Shown: positions 12,491 through 25,872, counted from the whole stretch's first letter. The stretch: DNA of 63,593 nucleotides, filler included, from Chiloscyllium plagiosum (GCF_004010195.1; 5 parts of one record of this genome joined end to end with filler, not necessarily neighbours in it); one strand, 5' to 3'. Made by a program: numbers and translations. The notes: generated by a model not told the origin, from the letters alone.

Positions 12491-12769
12491 GGAAGCTAAG
12501 AAAGTCAGTCAATTTAGAAGATAATGTAGTAACCATAACAATGATCTTACTCAACAAAAAGCACAGAATTTGGTGCTAAATCTTATTGTTGACAGGTGGC
12601 AATATTGATTAAGAATAAAATTGCAGTGCTGAAAAGAGAGTATGGTCTAGAGGCGAAAATGACAGAGTGTAGCTAAAAAAGAGGTACCTTTACAGTATTG
12701 GGTATATTCTCTAAAGCACCACAAATTAGCAAAACTTCTTTTGAAGCCATAAGAGACATTTATTGACCA

Positions 12770-13085
12770 AAGTTATAGATATATTGTAACACTTCTAAAC
12801 AGGTTGATTAGATAATATCTACAGGGGAAACGTAAGCAGGAATTTTTCATGGAGGATTCGATGTAGAATTCACTGCCAACAAGTGTAGAAGAAGCAGAAA
12901 CTATCAACCATTTCCAAAGGAAATAGGACATGAGAAAAATACACTTGCAGGGTGAATGGGGTTGAGGGGGATATGGACCCAGTGCTGGCAAATGGCACTA
13001 GATGAAGTTAGGATATCTGGTCGACATGGACAAGTTGGACTGAAAAAGGTCTGTTTCCGTGCTGTACATCTCTATGACTCTCTAA
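12770..13085 (+). mobile_element. CR1 3'-end fragment
   Basis: Ends GTCTGTTTCCGTGCTGTACATCTCTATGACTCT, the tail type shared with HE1 SINEs. Confidence 0.7.
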
Positions 13086-13749
13086 GAAATAATAACCCCC
13101 TTTTAGTATACAACAGAGAGAAAGGAAAGGCAAATAGCCAAGAAAAAATGAGCAATGGAGAATTCTTTGAGATTAAGATTGATCCCTTTTTCCTGAATTA
13201 ACTGGTCAGTTCAGCTCTCTCTCCACTGCACCAATGTTTGACTAATGCATTAAATGGCACTATTGGGAAAATCAGAAACATCAAATTTAACATTTGCATT
13301 AATGCCCCTACTAAAAAAAATCTGAATAACAAAATAATTCTGCTACACAGTGCTGCTATAAGTTTGTTGTTTGCAAGCTTAGAACGGAAACCTCTATTGT
13401 TCAGCAGTATACTGCAGATGGAATAAAATTTGCTCTGTGTTTTATCTGTAAAGTACAGTGAAATCATACCTATACAGTTCTGTGCCAGGAAAACATCTAC
13501 AATAGGACCAGGCACCAGCAAACTCACACTATTTTATTATTCTGGAGACTGTTTCTTGCTGCTTCTGAAATGTTAGGGAAAGAAGCCTGATGTTTAAAAG
13601 TAACACAATCTAACTGAAGTTCAATTAAAAAATACGAAAAGTGGTCAAACAATTAAATTTATCTCTGGAGTTGTACCACAGATATTTTCTTGAATCTGTT
13701 TTTAAAATCAATGCTTGACCTCCTTTCACACCATTATAAAAGTAAACCC

Positions 13750-15645
13750 CAGGCTCCATTTGTACACTGATGACAATGAGCTCTGCATTACTCATCCCCT
13801 CTCATTACACACCCTCATCTCTGATATGTCGTGTTACTTATATAACATCCAACACTGGATAAACAGAATTGCTTCAAAGTAAGTAGAACAAAAACTGCTA
13901 TACTTGCCTGTGTCCTTGGTTGCCCTACCATGCTGCACCCTCTACGCGTTTGTTCGCTTTCAATGTACTTGCACCAAATCCCATTAGCCCTGTGCTCACT
14001 TGTCTATATTGGCTCCCAAGTGATGAACAGACTTCAAAAGTTCTCATCAAAGTTCAGATCTATTCATTGGCAGACCTATCCTTATTTTCTACCTCTTCCA
14101 GCCCTGCAATCCTCCATTATTTCTATATTCCTTCAATTCTGGCCTCTTGTAGGAACACAGAAACAGGTGTAGGCCTTTCAGCCTGTGAACCTGTTCCAGC
14201 ATTCAATGAGATTATGGGTGATCTGTGACCACACTCTATATGTCTACCTTTGGTCCATATTTCTAAATATCTTTGCTTAACAAAAAACGTTTTTTTATTT
14301 CTGCTTTAACCTAACAACTAATCCAGTATCAATTGCCATAATTCTTTGACTATACTCCCTAGTTCTACAATCTCCAAGCAATGGAAATTGTTTGTTTATC
14401 TGCCCTATCGTTTCCTGTTAATATCTTGAAAACTTTGATCAAATCACCCCTTAACCTTCTTAATTTGTATAAGCTCTCCTCATCATAACCCCTGAAGCTC
14501 AGGTATCCTTCTTCTAAAACTATGTTGTATTCATTCTAAAGCCAACATACCCACTTCTCAGATGTGGTGCCCAGATCTGCTCTCAGTATTCCAAGCAGGG
14601 TCTAGCAGGGTTTTGGATAACTGCAGCATAACTTCTGCAACCTTACACTCCAGTCCTCTAGATATAAAGGCCTGCATTCCATGAGCTTCCTTGATTATTT
14701 TCTGCATCAGTTTGTGACATTTTAAAGATTTATCCATCTGAACCCTAAATCTCTTTGGACATCAAACGTATTTCATTTTATACCATCTAGAAAGTACCCT
14801 GATCTATTTTTTTTGGTCCAAAATGGATTACCTCACACTTACTTAGATTGAGCCCCATTTACTACAGTTTTGCCTATCCACTTAGTACATCAATATCCCT
14901 TTGTAATTTTAATATAAAGATTACAACACCACCTAACTTTGTCCTCAGCAAATGTGGTATATGAGATTGTCCAAATCATTAATAAATAATAGTAATAACT
15001 GAGGCCCTAACACAGATTCTTGTGGAACAGTAGTTGTCACTTCCTGCCAATCTGAGTTCTGACCCATTATCACTATTTGCCGTCGCCTGTCATTCAAACA
15101 AATTTCCTATCTATGTCAGTAATTTGCCTTTAAATCCATGGGCTTCCATTTTAGTTAACAGTCTCTCAAAGGGGCCTTTATCAATGCTTTCTGGATATCC
15201 ATAAACAACATCCATAGATGTCCACTAGCTTATTCACTTCTTCAAAAAAATTAAATGAAGTTTGGCAGGCAGAACCTACCTGCTATTAATCCATGCTAGC
15301 TCTCCCTGCTTAACTGAAAATTTTAAAGGTGTTCAATTACCCTATCCTTGATTACAAACTCCAACAATTACCCCACCGTGAATGTAAGGCTAACTAGTCT
15401 GTAGTTCGGGGATGGAGGGGATTTGTCTATGATGCTCTTCAGAGGTACGGTGCAGACTCCATGGGCTAAATGGCCTCTATCTGTACGGTAGGGATTCTGT
15501 GATGTTAATTCCTCTGGATTTTCTCTTTTGTCCTTACCCAATTTTAATTACTCCAATGTCAGTGGCCATGCTAAACCTCGCTGCTTCTCACCCGCTTTCG
15601 ATGTTTTTTAAAACCCACCACTTCAGCCAGCATGTTGGTCACATC
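13750..15645 (+). mobile_element. L2 LINE 3' region, split by a CR1 insertion
   Basis: HLYTDD (RT), PISPVLTCLYWLP (L2 HITPVL..LHWLP-like); resumes at about 15510-15645. Confidence 0.65.
14150..15400 (-). mobile_element. CR1 ORF2 RT and 3' end nested in L2
   Basis: Typical CR1 3' sequence plus NYRLVSLT and DIQKA motifs on the minus strand. Confidence 0.8.
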
Positions 15646-15887
15646 TGGTAACACTCACGTAGCAGAGTGTAAAATTTTGGTTAAAAATTGCAACAGAAAT
15701 ACAAGCAGTTTCAGTTCTCACAACCTCACAACTACCAACAGCCAACCATTTACTTAAAATGATTAGTCAATAGTGAATACACAAAACAAGAAAAGAGACT
15801 TTCATTCAAAGGATTAGCACTAAACTAATAATCAGGTCAGTTTGACCTTCATTCCAACCTAAATCCTGGGAGGTGTTAAAACAGCAT

Positions 15888-16161
15888 TATAAGACCATAA
15901 GATGTAGAGCAGAATTAGGCCATTCAGTGTCTTGGGTCTGCTCTGACATTCAATAAGATTGTGTCTTATCTGACAATCCTCAACTCCCACTTTAACCCAC
16001 CTATTCTCTATAATCCTTCATCCCTTGCTGGTTAAAAGCCTTGAATATATGCAACAACTCAGACTCAACAGCCCACTGTGGTAAAGAAATCCACAGGTTC
16101 ATTATACTAAGAGAAGAAATTACTTTTCATCTGGGTCTTAAATGAATGACTTCTTATTCAG
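15888..16161 (-). mobile_element. CR1 3' end
   Basis: ATAAGACCATAAGA tail followed by the CR1 terminal sequence. Confidence 0.75.
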
Positions 16162-17082
16162 AGTTAAAATCACACAACACCAGGTTATAGTCCAACAGGT
16201 TTAATTGGAAGCACACTAGCTTTCGGAGCGACGCTCCTTCATCGGGTGATAGTGGAGGACACAATTCTAAGGCACGGAATTTATAGCAAAAATTTACAGT
16301 GTGATGTAACTGAAATTATACATTGAAAAATACTTGATTGTCTGTTGAGTCTTTCATCTGTTCGAATACCATGATAGTTTCACTTCTTTCATGTGTAAAT
16401 CATAAAATCTTTTTTAAAATTAAAAAGTTGCATTCTCAGGTTAGCTGTAACAATGGGTGTTAACTAGACAATATGTTGATAGTGTTAGCCCCTTGTGTTC
16501 TCTGTCTATGCCATGATGTTTAGATTGTTATCTCACCTTTTAGATTAGAATCAGAGTTTTACATGAATTCATGCAGTTTTTGAGCAAAGTACAATGTAAC
16601 TCTGCAAGGACAAATTCACCCCACAAAATATATGTGTGCATGTGGGTCTTTGTCTGTCGGTCTCTGTGTGTTTGTCTATCTGGGTTGGGGGTTGTGAGTG
16701 TGAGGGAGAGTGTAGTCCAACAGGTTTAAGTGTGAGGGAGAGTGTGAGGGAGAGTGTAGTCCAACAGGTTTAAGTGGAAGCACACCAGCTTTCGGAGCGA
16801 CGGTCCTTCATCAGGTGATAGTGGAGGGCTCGATCGTAACAGAATTTATAGCAAAAATTTGCAGTGTGATGTAACTGAAATTATACATTGAAGAATTGAT
16901 TGTCTGTTAAGCCTTTCATCTGTTAGAATACAGTGATAGTTTCACTTCTTTCATGTGTAAATCACAAAACCCTTTTTTTTAAAGTTGCATTCTCGGGTTA
17001 GCTGTTAACAATGGTGATAGCAGATGAGCACCTCACCAAGACCTTCCCCACACCTCCACTACTTGCCTTTAAACAACCGCCA
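16162..17082. mobile_element. Penelope-like element, family B: tandem pseudo-LTRs (-) plus inverted ORF piece (+)
   Basis: Two similar copies (about 16162-16700 and 16757-17020), each with a mutated hammerhead core; 17022-17082 (+) encodes DEHLTKTFPTPPLLAFKQPP. Confidence 0.85.
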
Positions 17083-17182
17083 NNNNNNNNNNNNNNNNNN
17101 NNNNNNNNNNNNNNNNNNNNNNNNNNTTAATTAATTAANNNNNNNNNNNNNNNNNNNNNNNNNNNNNNNNNNNNNNNNNNNN
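17083..17182. other. Artificial contig spacer
   Basis: N44-TTAATTAATTAA-N44, giving stops in all six frames. Confidence 0.97.
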
Positions 17183-17450
17183 AGTATACTCCTACTTTCT
17201 TTATACTCTTCTTAGGATTCACTCGATCTATCCTGTCAGTACCCGACATATGCTTCCTTCTTTTTCTTAACCAAACCCTCAATTACTTTAGTCATCCAAC
17301 ATTCCCTATACCTACCAGCCTTCCCTTTCACCCTGACAGGAATATACTTTCTCTGGATTCTTGTTATCTCATTTCTGAAGGCTTCACATTTTCCAGCCGT
17401 CCCTTTATCTGCGAACAGCTGCCTCCAATCAGCTTTCGAAAGTTCTTTTA
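17183..17450 (-). mobile_element. CR1 ORF2 fragment
   Basis: ELSKADWRQLF..KCEAFRNEI.RIQ..YIP..WMTK.IEGLVKKKKEAY. Confidence 0.85.
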
Positions 17451-17799
17451 ACTTGAAAGCTTTTTGCCTGAGGCAGTATTTGTTAGCTATAATCAAACTG
17501 GCCCTAAAGTCCATCCAGGCCCAGACTTCTCGGAACCTGTGTTTTGATGACTTCTTGTAAGAGAAAGGCATCATAGAGACAGTCACTGTCTGCCATATCC
17601 CTATGGAAACAGTCTGACTATTCAGAATCCAGCTCCTGATTGACAGTTAACTGTTCTTGCTCCTTTCCCATGTCAGTGAAGAACCAACCAATCAGCACCC
17701 TCTTCTCATACTGTACAAAACAGTGCCCCCTTTGTCGTATGATGCTTGCACCCTTAATTTGATGAGTGTAAGACAAAAGCTTCAACTTCTTGGTTTCGT

Positions 17800-18512
17800 T
17801 TAGCAATATTTCAATCATGAAAGCATTCAAGGAAAATAGATAGCTTGGTGAACAAGGTAGCTATGTGGCAGAAACAATTTAATGCACAGAGTTATAGTGA
17901 TTCATTTTGGTGGGATTAATGAGAAAAAAAATCATACAACGAAAGAACACATTTCTAAAGGGGATACCAGATGAGAGGGACCTTGGGGTATAGGTGCACA
18001 AATCATTGAATGTGGTTGCCAGTTTGAAAAAAAAAGCCGATAAAGTGCAAAGGATCTTGGATTTTATAAATAGTTGCACAATTCATAAAAGCAAGGAATT
18101 TATTGTGAATCTTTATAAAACACTGACTTTGCCTCAGCTGGATTACTGTGTCCAATGGAATTGTTCAAGTTGCAGCATGAGAATGAATCTAAGGACGAGG
18201 AACAAAATAAGAATGTTTGATTAGGTAAATGGATTGGCAAAGCTGCGAATGTTCCCTTTGGAGAAGAGATTTGCAAAGAGAATTGATAAAACTAATTGAA
18301 ATCATAAGATGTCTGGACAGAGAAGATTAACAGGAGGACCAAAAGGCGGAGAACATCGATTTAAGGCAAATGGCAAAATAATTAAAGGTACCATAAGGTG
18401 TAACTTGTTAACACAAAGAATGGTTAGAATCTGCACTGCTTGACAGAGTGGTTGAGCAGATTCAGTTATGTACTTCAAAAGGGAATTTGATAATCATCTG
18501 ATGAGAAAAGCT
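17800..18512 (+). mobile_element. Old CR1 ORF2 3' fragment
   Basis: ERDLGV, KA..IL.FI, LYKTL..PQLDYCVQ. Confidence 0.75.
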
Positions 18513-19086
18513 TTGATGTGGAGGTTCTGGTGTTGGACTGAGGTGGACAAGGTCAAAAATCACACAACATCAGGTTATAGTCCAACAGGTTTATTTGAAA
18601 TCACAAGCTTTCAGAGCACTGGTGTGCCGGGTGACAAAAGAGCAATGCCCTTAAAGTTGTTATTATTCCTGTGGATTTCAGTGCCATTCTTCGCTCCAAC
18701 CACCATTGACATAATCCAGCATCCATCACAAACCTCATTTATCCTTCTTACACTGTCAGTAAAAACCCATTCATCAAACTATTTGGAGTTCATACAAGGA
18801 AAATTTCATCAGTGCAGAAGCTCTCAACTGTTTTTGGTTTTTCTGTGAATGTTATATTAAAGTTTATATGTTTATATTAATTCCATATTTCCAAAATCTT
18901 CATGAAAATGTTAATTTTAAGAAAACATCTGAACAGCCAAAAAAACTCATGCTTTAGGAACTTATTTTTAAAACATTTTGCTTTCCTCAAATAAATTGTA
19001 TGAAATAAAATAAATCAAGGCAGGGTAATTAGTACACATTGTAGCTGTCTTAGGGAGAAAGGAAGATATGGTCCTGCATCCAGACT

Positions 19087-19550
19087 TTAGGGAACTTGAT
19101 GGAAAGTTAGCAGATGGGACACAAATGTAGTAACCTCCAGATTTCTTCTACCATCACATGTAAGTAAGTACAGATAGGAGAACAAAGCAGATGAATATAT
19201 GGCTGAAAAGATGGTGCAGGAAGGAGAGCATGAGATTCCTGTGACCCAGGGAATAGCTCTGGGGAGATGGCACCTGGACAAACTGGATGGATCATACCTG
19301 AATAGAGCTGAGATTAAGTTCCTTCCAGGGCATTGTGCGTGCCATTGGGAAGACTTTAAACTAACTTGGCAGGCATGTGAGAACCAGGAAAGAACAGTAG
19401 AAAAAAATCCTAGGGGTAGCAAAATACTTAAGGATAGGAATACAGCTGACCCTGATAAAGAAAATATTAAGTTAATAGTTGAAGGAATAGAAGTAGGCAA
19501 GAAAGAAGGAAAGTCCAGAGCAGAGTTAAAGCGCATGCATATGAATGCAC
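19087..19550 (+). mobile_element. Degenerate CR1 ORF1 esterase end and ORF2 start
   Basis: Similar to 400-800 in the opposite orientation (W..LDKLDG.YLN..; LKRMHMNA). Confidence 0.6.
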
Positions 19551-19614
19551 AGAAAGGGTCACTAGACTCGAAACATTAACTTTAGTCTCTATGTAAGTGT
19601 CTGTAGGATAGTAT

Positions 19615-20372
19615 GTTTTTAGGAGCGTGTGTGTGTGTGTTTCGGAGTGTCTGTGTCTGTATGTGCATATAGTGCAATAGTATGTATAGTTCAGTACCCA
19701 TGGGGATGGCCTCAACTGGGATCTTGGGTTCATGTCACACTACAGGTAACCCCAGTGCACTATACACACAGACACACACAGACACACACACACACACATG
19801 CACACACAGACACTCCTACAGACACACACACTCATGCAGACCCTCTCTCATACACTCACACATACACTCCCACACAGACCCTCTCACAGTCTTATACCCT
19901 TTTATGCTCACACTCACACATATACACATAATCTCTCACAGACATGCAAAATGCACCCCACCCCACCCCACACACAGACACACAAACACACACACACAAG
20001 TTTGTGGGGTGAATTTGTACTTGCAGAATAATTTTACTTTGCTCAAAAACAACATGAATCCATGTAAGATTCTGTAAATCTGTTTTTTAGATTAGAATCA
20101 TTCTGATCATAATGTAACTTTTTAAAGAAGTTTTGTGATTTACTTATGAAAGAACTGAAACCAACATGGTCATTCTAAAAGGTGAGAGACTTAACAAACA
20201 ATCCAGGTCTTTTTCAATATATACCTTCAGTTAAATCACACTGTAAACTTTTGCTATAAATTCTGTGTCTTACAATCTTATTCTCCACAACCACCTGATG
20301 AAGGAGAAGCGCTCCGAAAGCTAATGCTTCCAAATAAACCTGTTGGACCATAACCTGGTGTTGTGTAATTTT
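19615..20372 (+). mobile_element. Penelope-like family B 3' end with (CA)-rich tract and pseudo-LTR
   Basis: FSTHGDGLNWDLGFMSHYR* (GIY-YIG C-terminus, about 19690-19749), preceded by a short inverted (TG)-rich copy; hammerhead core at 20295-20323. Confidence 0.85.
20291..20328 (+). ncRNA. Minimal hammerhead ribozyme motif, family B (stems I and II weakened)
   Basis: CAC-CTGATGA-AGGAGAAGCGCTCC-GAAA-GCTA-ATG. Confidence 0.65.
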
Positions 20373-20479
20373 AGCTATTTTTATTGGTTACTTTGAAGCA
20401 ATATCATCAGACAATCATCATCATCAAGTAATTTTTTTCATTCTCTTTATGCGTGATTGATGTTGGATTTGGAGACTAA

Positions 20480-21422
20480 ATGTACTGTGTCAAAGTTCGC
20501 ACATAATACGAAGATGAGTGGTACAGCAATGTGTGCAGAGAACACTGAAAGCCTGCAGAGGGATATAGATGGGTAAAGTCAGTGGGCAAGGGTCTGGCAG
20601 ATGGAGTACTATGTTGGTAAATGTGAGTTTATCCATTTTGATAGGAATAACGGCAAGATGGACTATTATTGAAATGGTGAAAAATTGCAACATGCTGCTT
20701 TGTAGAGTGACCTGGGTACCCTTGTGCATGAATCACAAAAAGTTGGTTTGCAGATGTAACAGGTAATTAAGAAGGCAAATGGAATATTGTCCTTCATTGC
20801 TACAGGGATGGAGTTTAAAAACAGGGAGGTTATGCTGCAGCTGTATGGGGTGCTGCTGAGGCCATACCTGGAGTATTGGGAACAAGTTTGGTCTTCTTGC
20901 TTGAGAAAGGATGTACTAGCACTGGAGGGGATGCAGAGGAGGTTCACTAGGTTGATTCCAGAGTTGACAGGCGTGGTTTATGAGGAGGGATTGATAGACT
21001 GGGATTATATTCATTGGAATTTAGAAGAATAAAGGAGCATCTTATAGAAATATATAAAATTATGAAGGGAATAGATCAGATAAAAGGAGGGAGATTGTTT
21101 CCACTGGTAGATGAAACTAAAACTAGGGGGCATAGCCTCAAAATAAGAGGGAGCAAATTTAGGACTGAGTTCTTCTCCCAAAGAGTTATGAATCTGTGGA
21201 ATTCCCTGCCCAGTGAAGCAATTGAGACTCCCTCGTTGAATGCTTTTCAGGCAAAGATAGGTAGATTTTGAAGGGTAAAGGAATTAAGGGTTATGGTGAG
21301 TAGGTGGGTTAGGTGGAGCTAAGTAAGCAAGAAAGATCAGCCATGATCTTACTGAGTGGGCAGAGCAGGCTCAAGGTGCCAGATGGCCTACCCCTGCTCC
21401 TATTTCTTATATTCTTATGTGT
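20480..21422 (+). mobile_element. CR1 ORF2 RT/C-terminus and 3' tail
   Basis: LYGVLLRPYLEY.EQVWS, TRGHSLKI, FFSQRV.NLWNSLP, TTCTTAT tail. Confidence 0.92.
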
Positions 21423-21805
21423 GCCATATATTGGTCTAAGTTGGTTTCGGTTCCTTTGTGATATAGCATACTGATTAGTAATGATTTCACATGATCTGGG
21501 CTGGTTACATTTTTTAGAAATCTTTGCTGGTCTCCAAGTATTTAAATTTATAATTTTGCAATATCTGCCCATTGTGCCGTTTTGGTAATTCTCTCATCAT
21601 GTATTTCTTTAATTTCCCTCTGTCTTTGAAGAAGAGTGTCGTGTGTCTCAGAATGTTTAGATATTTGGTTCCCGAGCAAAGACTGAGCATAAATCATGCT
21701 GGCTTTAGTCATCTGTTTTCCATTAGTGTTGCATAGAAATGCAGCATTGCAGTACAAAAATCTTGCTTTGTTGCTTAATAATCACAGACTTATAAAATGT
21801 GCCAT

Positions 21806-22112
21806 AGGATGGCGCAATGGCTCAGTGTTTAGCCCTGCTGCTTCACAGCGCCAGGGACTCGGGTTCAATTCCACCCTCGGGCAGTTGTGTCCATAGAATT
21901 TGCACATTTTCCCTGTGTCTGTATGAGTTTTGTCTGGATGCTCCAGATTCCTCCCACAGGCTAAAGATATGCAGTTTAGGTGGATTAGACATGGGAAATT
22001 CAGGGTTACAGGGATAGGGTAAGGTGGTGAGTCTGGGTGGGATGCTTTTCAGAAGGTTGATGTGGACTTGATGGACCGAATGATCTGCTTCTTCACACGG
22101 GGATTCTATTAT
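21806..22112 (+). mobile_element. HE1/V-SINE
   Basis: tRNA-like head, V core and GGGATTCTAT tail. Confidence 0.85.
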
Positions 22113-22143
22113 CGGTTCTGCTAGACATTTGACCATAAATCAC

Positions 22144-22242
22144 AGCCCTTCCTAATGAAGGGCTTTTGCCTGAAACGTCGATTTTCCTGTCCTCAGATGG
22201 TGCCTGACCTGCTGTGCTTTTCCAGCACCACTCTAATCTTGA
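22144..22242 (+). mobile_element. Short Penelope family A fragment
   Basis: AGCCCTTC then CTAATGAAGGGCTTTTGCCTGAAACGTCG...CCAGCACCACTCTAATC. Confidence 0.8.
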
Positions 22243-23069
22243 CATGAATGTGATGACAATGTGACATGGGTCACTCCCCACTAAGTGTACACATCTTGAA
22301 AGGGTTTGCCAGTAGACTGTGGTTCGTTGTCAGATAGCATCCATTCCAGAATACGAAAATAAGCCTCATTGTATCAGTGATGTTTGCATTCATTGTGTTG
22401 CTAAATTGTTGAACAAGGAAAAATTTGGAGGTTTATTTCATCTCAAGGCTGTAATCTTCCATGTGCACTGTGAATAGATCTGTTGCTATTTTCATCCAAG
22501 AAATACATGGAACATTGTGTGAATGTAGAAGCTCCTCCATTTCTGGGGTTGATATCTTAGACATACTTCACATGCATTCACAAGTTGTTGACTATCCTGA
22601 TTCATCCCTGGCTATTATGCAGGTTCACATTCTAGCTTTCTTGTCTCTTCAATACTCATGCATCCCTGGTGCAAAATGGACATAACATAATCATAAAATA
22701 CTTGTGGTAATAGGATCTGTTTGCCTTCGAAAAGTACTTGTCAGGAAATACCAAGTTTATCAAATGAACAAATCTTTTCAGATACTTTTTTAATATTGAC
22801 AGCCATTGGCGGATAATTATCTGTACCATAGAGATATGTCATGCAAGATGCCTAATGGTAATTTGTTGTCACTAACTCCTGTGTTAATTTTAGCTTTTAG
22901 TTTGTGATATCCTGCCTTTACAGGAGACATATTAATGGTTGTCAAGGCTTCTGATTGTGTTGATGGTATAAAACAATGTGAGAAGCTAACAAAATGGAAA
23001 ACTTCATCATCATCTTCTGAAATTTGCCTTTTGTTTGATTGACGTGCTTGCATTTGTGAACCTGCTTAA

Positions 23070-23373
23070 TGATTAGATTAGATTCCCTACAGTGTGGAAA
23101 CAGGCTCTTCAACCCAACCAGTTCACACCGACCTTCTGAAGAGTAACCCACCCAGACCCATTTCACTCTGACTAATGCACCTAACGGTATGGGCAATTTA
23201 GCATGGCCATTTCACCTGACCTGCACATGTTTGGACTGTGGGAGGAAGCCGGAGCAAACCCACGCAGACATAGGGAGAATGTGCAAACTCCACACAGTCA
23301 CCCAAGGCTGGAATTGAACCTGGGACTCTGGCACTATGAGGCAGCAGTGCTAACTACTGAGTCACCGTGCCGC
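23070..23373 (-). mobile_element. HE1/V-SINE
   Basis: (GATTA)n tail, V core and head on the minus strand. Confidence 0.9.
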
Positions 23374-24372
23374 CTTTTCCTTGTTGATAGTATTGTGTTG
23401 TCCCATCTTGTTGGACAACTGTACTTCGTTTGAAGGTGTGGCTTGGCCTTTAGAATCAGATTTCCGTCGCGTACATGCCTAATGTCCCATGGTGCCACAT
23501 GCTTTACAGGTATTGCGGACAGCTTTTGAATAGGTGCGACAAACTACATGTTTTGGCTTGGTGTGCTTTGCTGATTGTATTGGCTGCACCTAGAGCATGT
23601 AGTTATTGTTAGCCTGCCACCATGACTTCACCATGACCTGTGTCCATCTTCAAATAAAGTGTCAGTGGTACCCACCCTGTTGTATAACCCTTTTTCTTTC
23701 CCCAAAAATCGTTTCTAAAGGAGGCTATGACTAACTCAATTATCCCTTCTGACAGTTCCTCATCAGAAAAGTCACACCAATAGCCTTTGTTGCAGCACAT
23801 TCCGATGAACTGGTCAATAGACTTTTGGGGTTGCAGTCCATATGAAGTGAGTTGGAACAAATCTTCCCCGTAATTTTCACTGCTGCTGAAATCCACATCC
23901 AGCAGCCACTTCTGCTCATTGGTGTGCACAGAACTTTCAACTGGCTGAGCTGAAGGATTATTGGTTACAGCCTGTTAGTCATGAAGTTATTTCTTCTCTT
24001 GAGCTGGTCTCCAAGAACCATCCAGATTTTCTGTGAATCTATTTGATCATCCCTAGGATGACGGAATGTATTAATTCTATAAAGCTCCTCCTCACAAATG
24101 ACAAACCAGATTTTCAGGGCTCTTTTTTCACAGATCTGTCACATAAAACTGCATTATTTGAACATTTGCAGTTGTTTGAACATTTATAATTCAAAGTGTA
24201 GGATTCAAGATGGTGGCAACCCAGTAAGTCTGAGTCTGTAGTGCTCTGCCTAAGACTTGGGCAAAATGGGGCACCCTCCTTCACCTCACTTTTTAAATCA
24301 TTTAGGATAGCTTTTGCCCAGCGTACTCAGTCATTTTACATCAAATTTGGACAGTTTGGTATTTTTTCTAAA

Positions 24373-25230
24373 ATGATTAAGGGCAAAAATTCCCAAAGCT
24401 CGCAACAGGCAGGGACCCCTCCACCAACCCCTCCCGCAGCAGCAGAGACATCCGCGGCCGCTTCGGGGGACTTAAGGTGGTGAACCTGCTCTCTGGGATC
24501 AACAAACTCCAGGAAAAGATCGACGCTTTCATCGAGGAGACTCGGTCCAGGTGGGAGTCGATCTCGGTCATGTTGCAGAAGCATGACCGAGAGATTGAAA
24601 AACTCGAGCAGCGTGTTGGAGGGACGGAGCAACGGTCTGCGGCCTCGGAGACTGCTGCTGAGTCATCCATGGGTCAGGTCCGGGCTCTCACGCAGCAAAT
24701 CCAGACCCTGGAGGAGCGCATCAACGACCTCGATAATTGGGGTTGTCAGAAAAATATTCGGTTGCTGGGCCTTCCCGTACAGGAAAAGGAAGGCCAGCTT
24801 GTGGACTTTTTGGAGCAAGACTCCCACAATTATTGAAGTTGGAATCGGGACCGGGCCAGGTGCGGGTGGAGTGGGCCCACCAGGTTGCTGTACGCATGCC
24901 CGGGTCGGACCAGCGCCCCTGCCTGGGTTCTAGTCCGACTTCAATGTTATAAAGAAAAACAAATGCTCCTATAAGCCTCCAGAGTCCTGGGGAAGGATCC
25001 CCTGGCCATGATGATTCAGGGTTCCAGGATAATTTATTTCAGGACTTCTCTCCAGCCGTGTTCCGCAAGAAGAGGGCATTCGATGAGGCGAAGAAGCGTC
25101 CGAGAGACCTAAATATTCAATACTCCATGCGATATCCAGCAACGCTGCAACTCAGCCATGGAGGATCTGCTTATAACTTTGGATCACCGGAGAAAGCAGA
25201 AGAATTCTTGGACTCTCTTAAATAGACTGT
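24373..25230 (+). pseudogene. L1 ORF1 (coiled coil plus RRM/CTD), frameshifted
   Basis: LEERINDLDNWGCQKNIRLLGLP, VEWAHQV, FQDFS, YSMRYPA. Confidence 0.88.
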
Positions 25231-25872
25231 GGGACTTGAACTGTATGGATAACAACTTTAATTTGCCCCCCTCCTTTGTTTACCCTTTTTTCCTTCTTCA
25301 TCTCTCTTCCAATGATCTTTCCCTAGGGGTGGGGGTAGGAGACTTGTTCTTTACTCTTCTTTTGGTCTTTTTTTTATATAGTGCGTGTGGCTTTGCTCGA
25401 TTTGTGGGCGGGCGGATTTGTTCTGTTTTGCCTTTTTTTTCGAGAGCGGGGTTTTCCTCTTTCTTCATTTTACTTAGTAGCCTAATACTTGCTGGGATTC
25501 TAATTTTGTAACTTTTAATATTTCTATTTTGTATTGTGTTTGTTGTGTTTGCTAAATGCACCCAGATGTTTGTGGGGGGTGGGGTGGGGGGGGGAACGCA
25601 TGGTGGGGGTGGGTCCCTCACTTTTAATTCTGGTTTTATAGAACACTTGAATTTGTTCACTCCATTTTATAATGCCCTAGGCCGAGGGCCGGGCCCTAGC
25701 TAGGAGAGGTTATGGTGGGGTTATTGATAGGTAGTTATGCCCCCTGGGAGCAAGGGGGAAAGTCTCCTTTCAAATATGTTTTGCTTTTTTTTGTTTAGGA
25801 GTAGTTTTTAATTGTGTTGGCTTAAATGTGAATTTTCTGTGGTCTTTCTCCTGGGGATCTCGGGCTTGTCTG

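Larger units (their letters stand above)
21425..24195 (-). mobile_element. Decayed Gypsy internal region: gag, zinc knuckle, protease, integrase; no RT/RNaseH seen
   Basis: Gag (KRALKIW..EELYRIN; QPQKSIDQF..CDFSDEELSE.IIELVIAS), CKACGTMGH, KINTGVSDNKLP, LHQGCMSIE..PGMNQD..C.VC, W.KIATDLF, SDNEPQ..WG.THVT, W.PAKI..PRS..RNRNQLRP. Contains SINE and PLE inserts. Confidence 0.85.

Noticed and set aside
19629..20077. His/Thr-rich ORFs
   Set aside because: Translation of a (CA)n tract in a Penelope 3' region.
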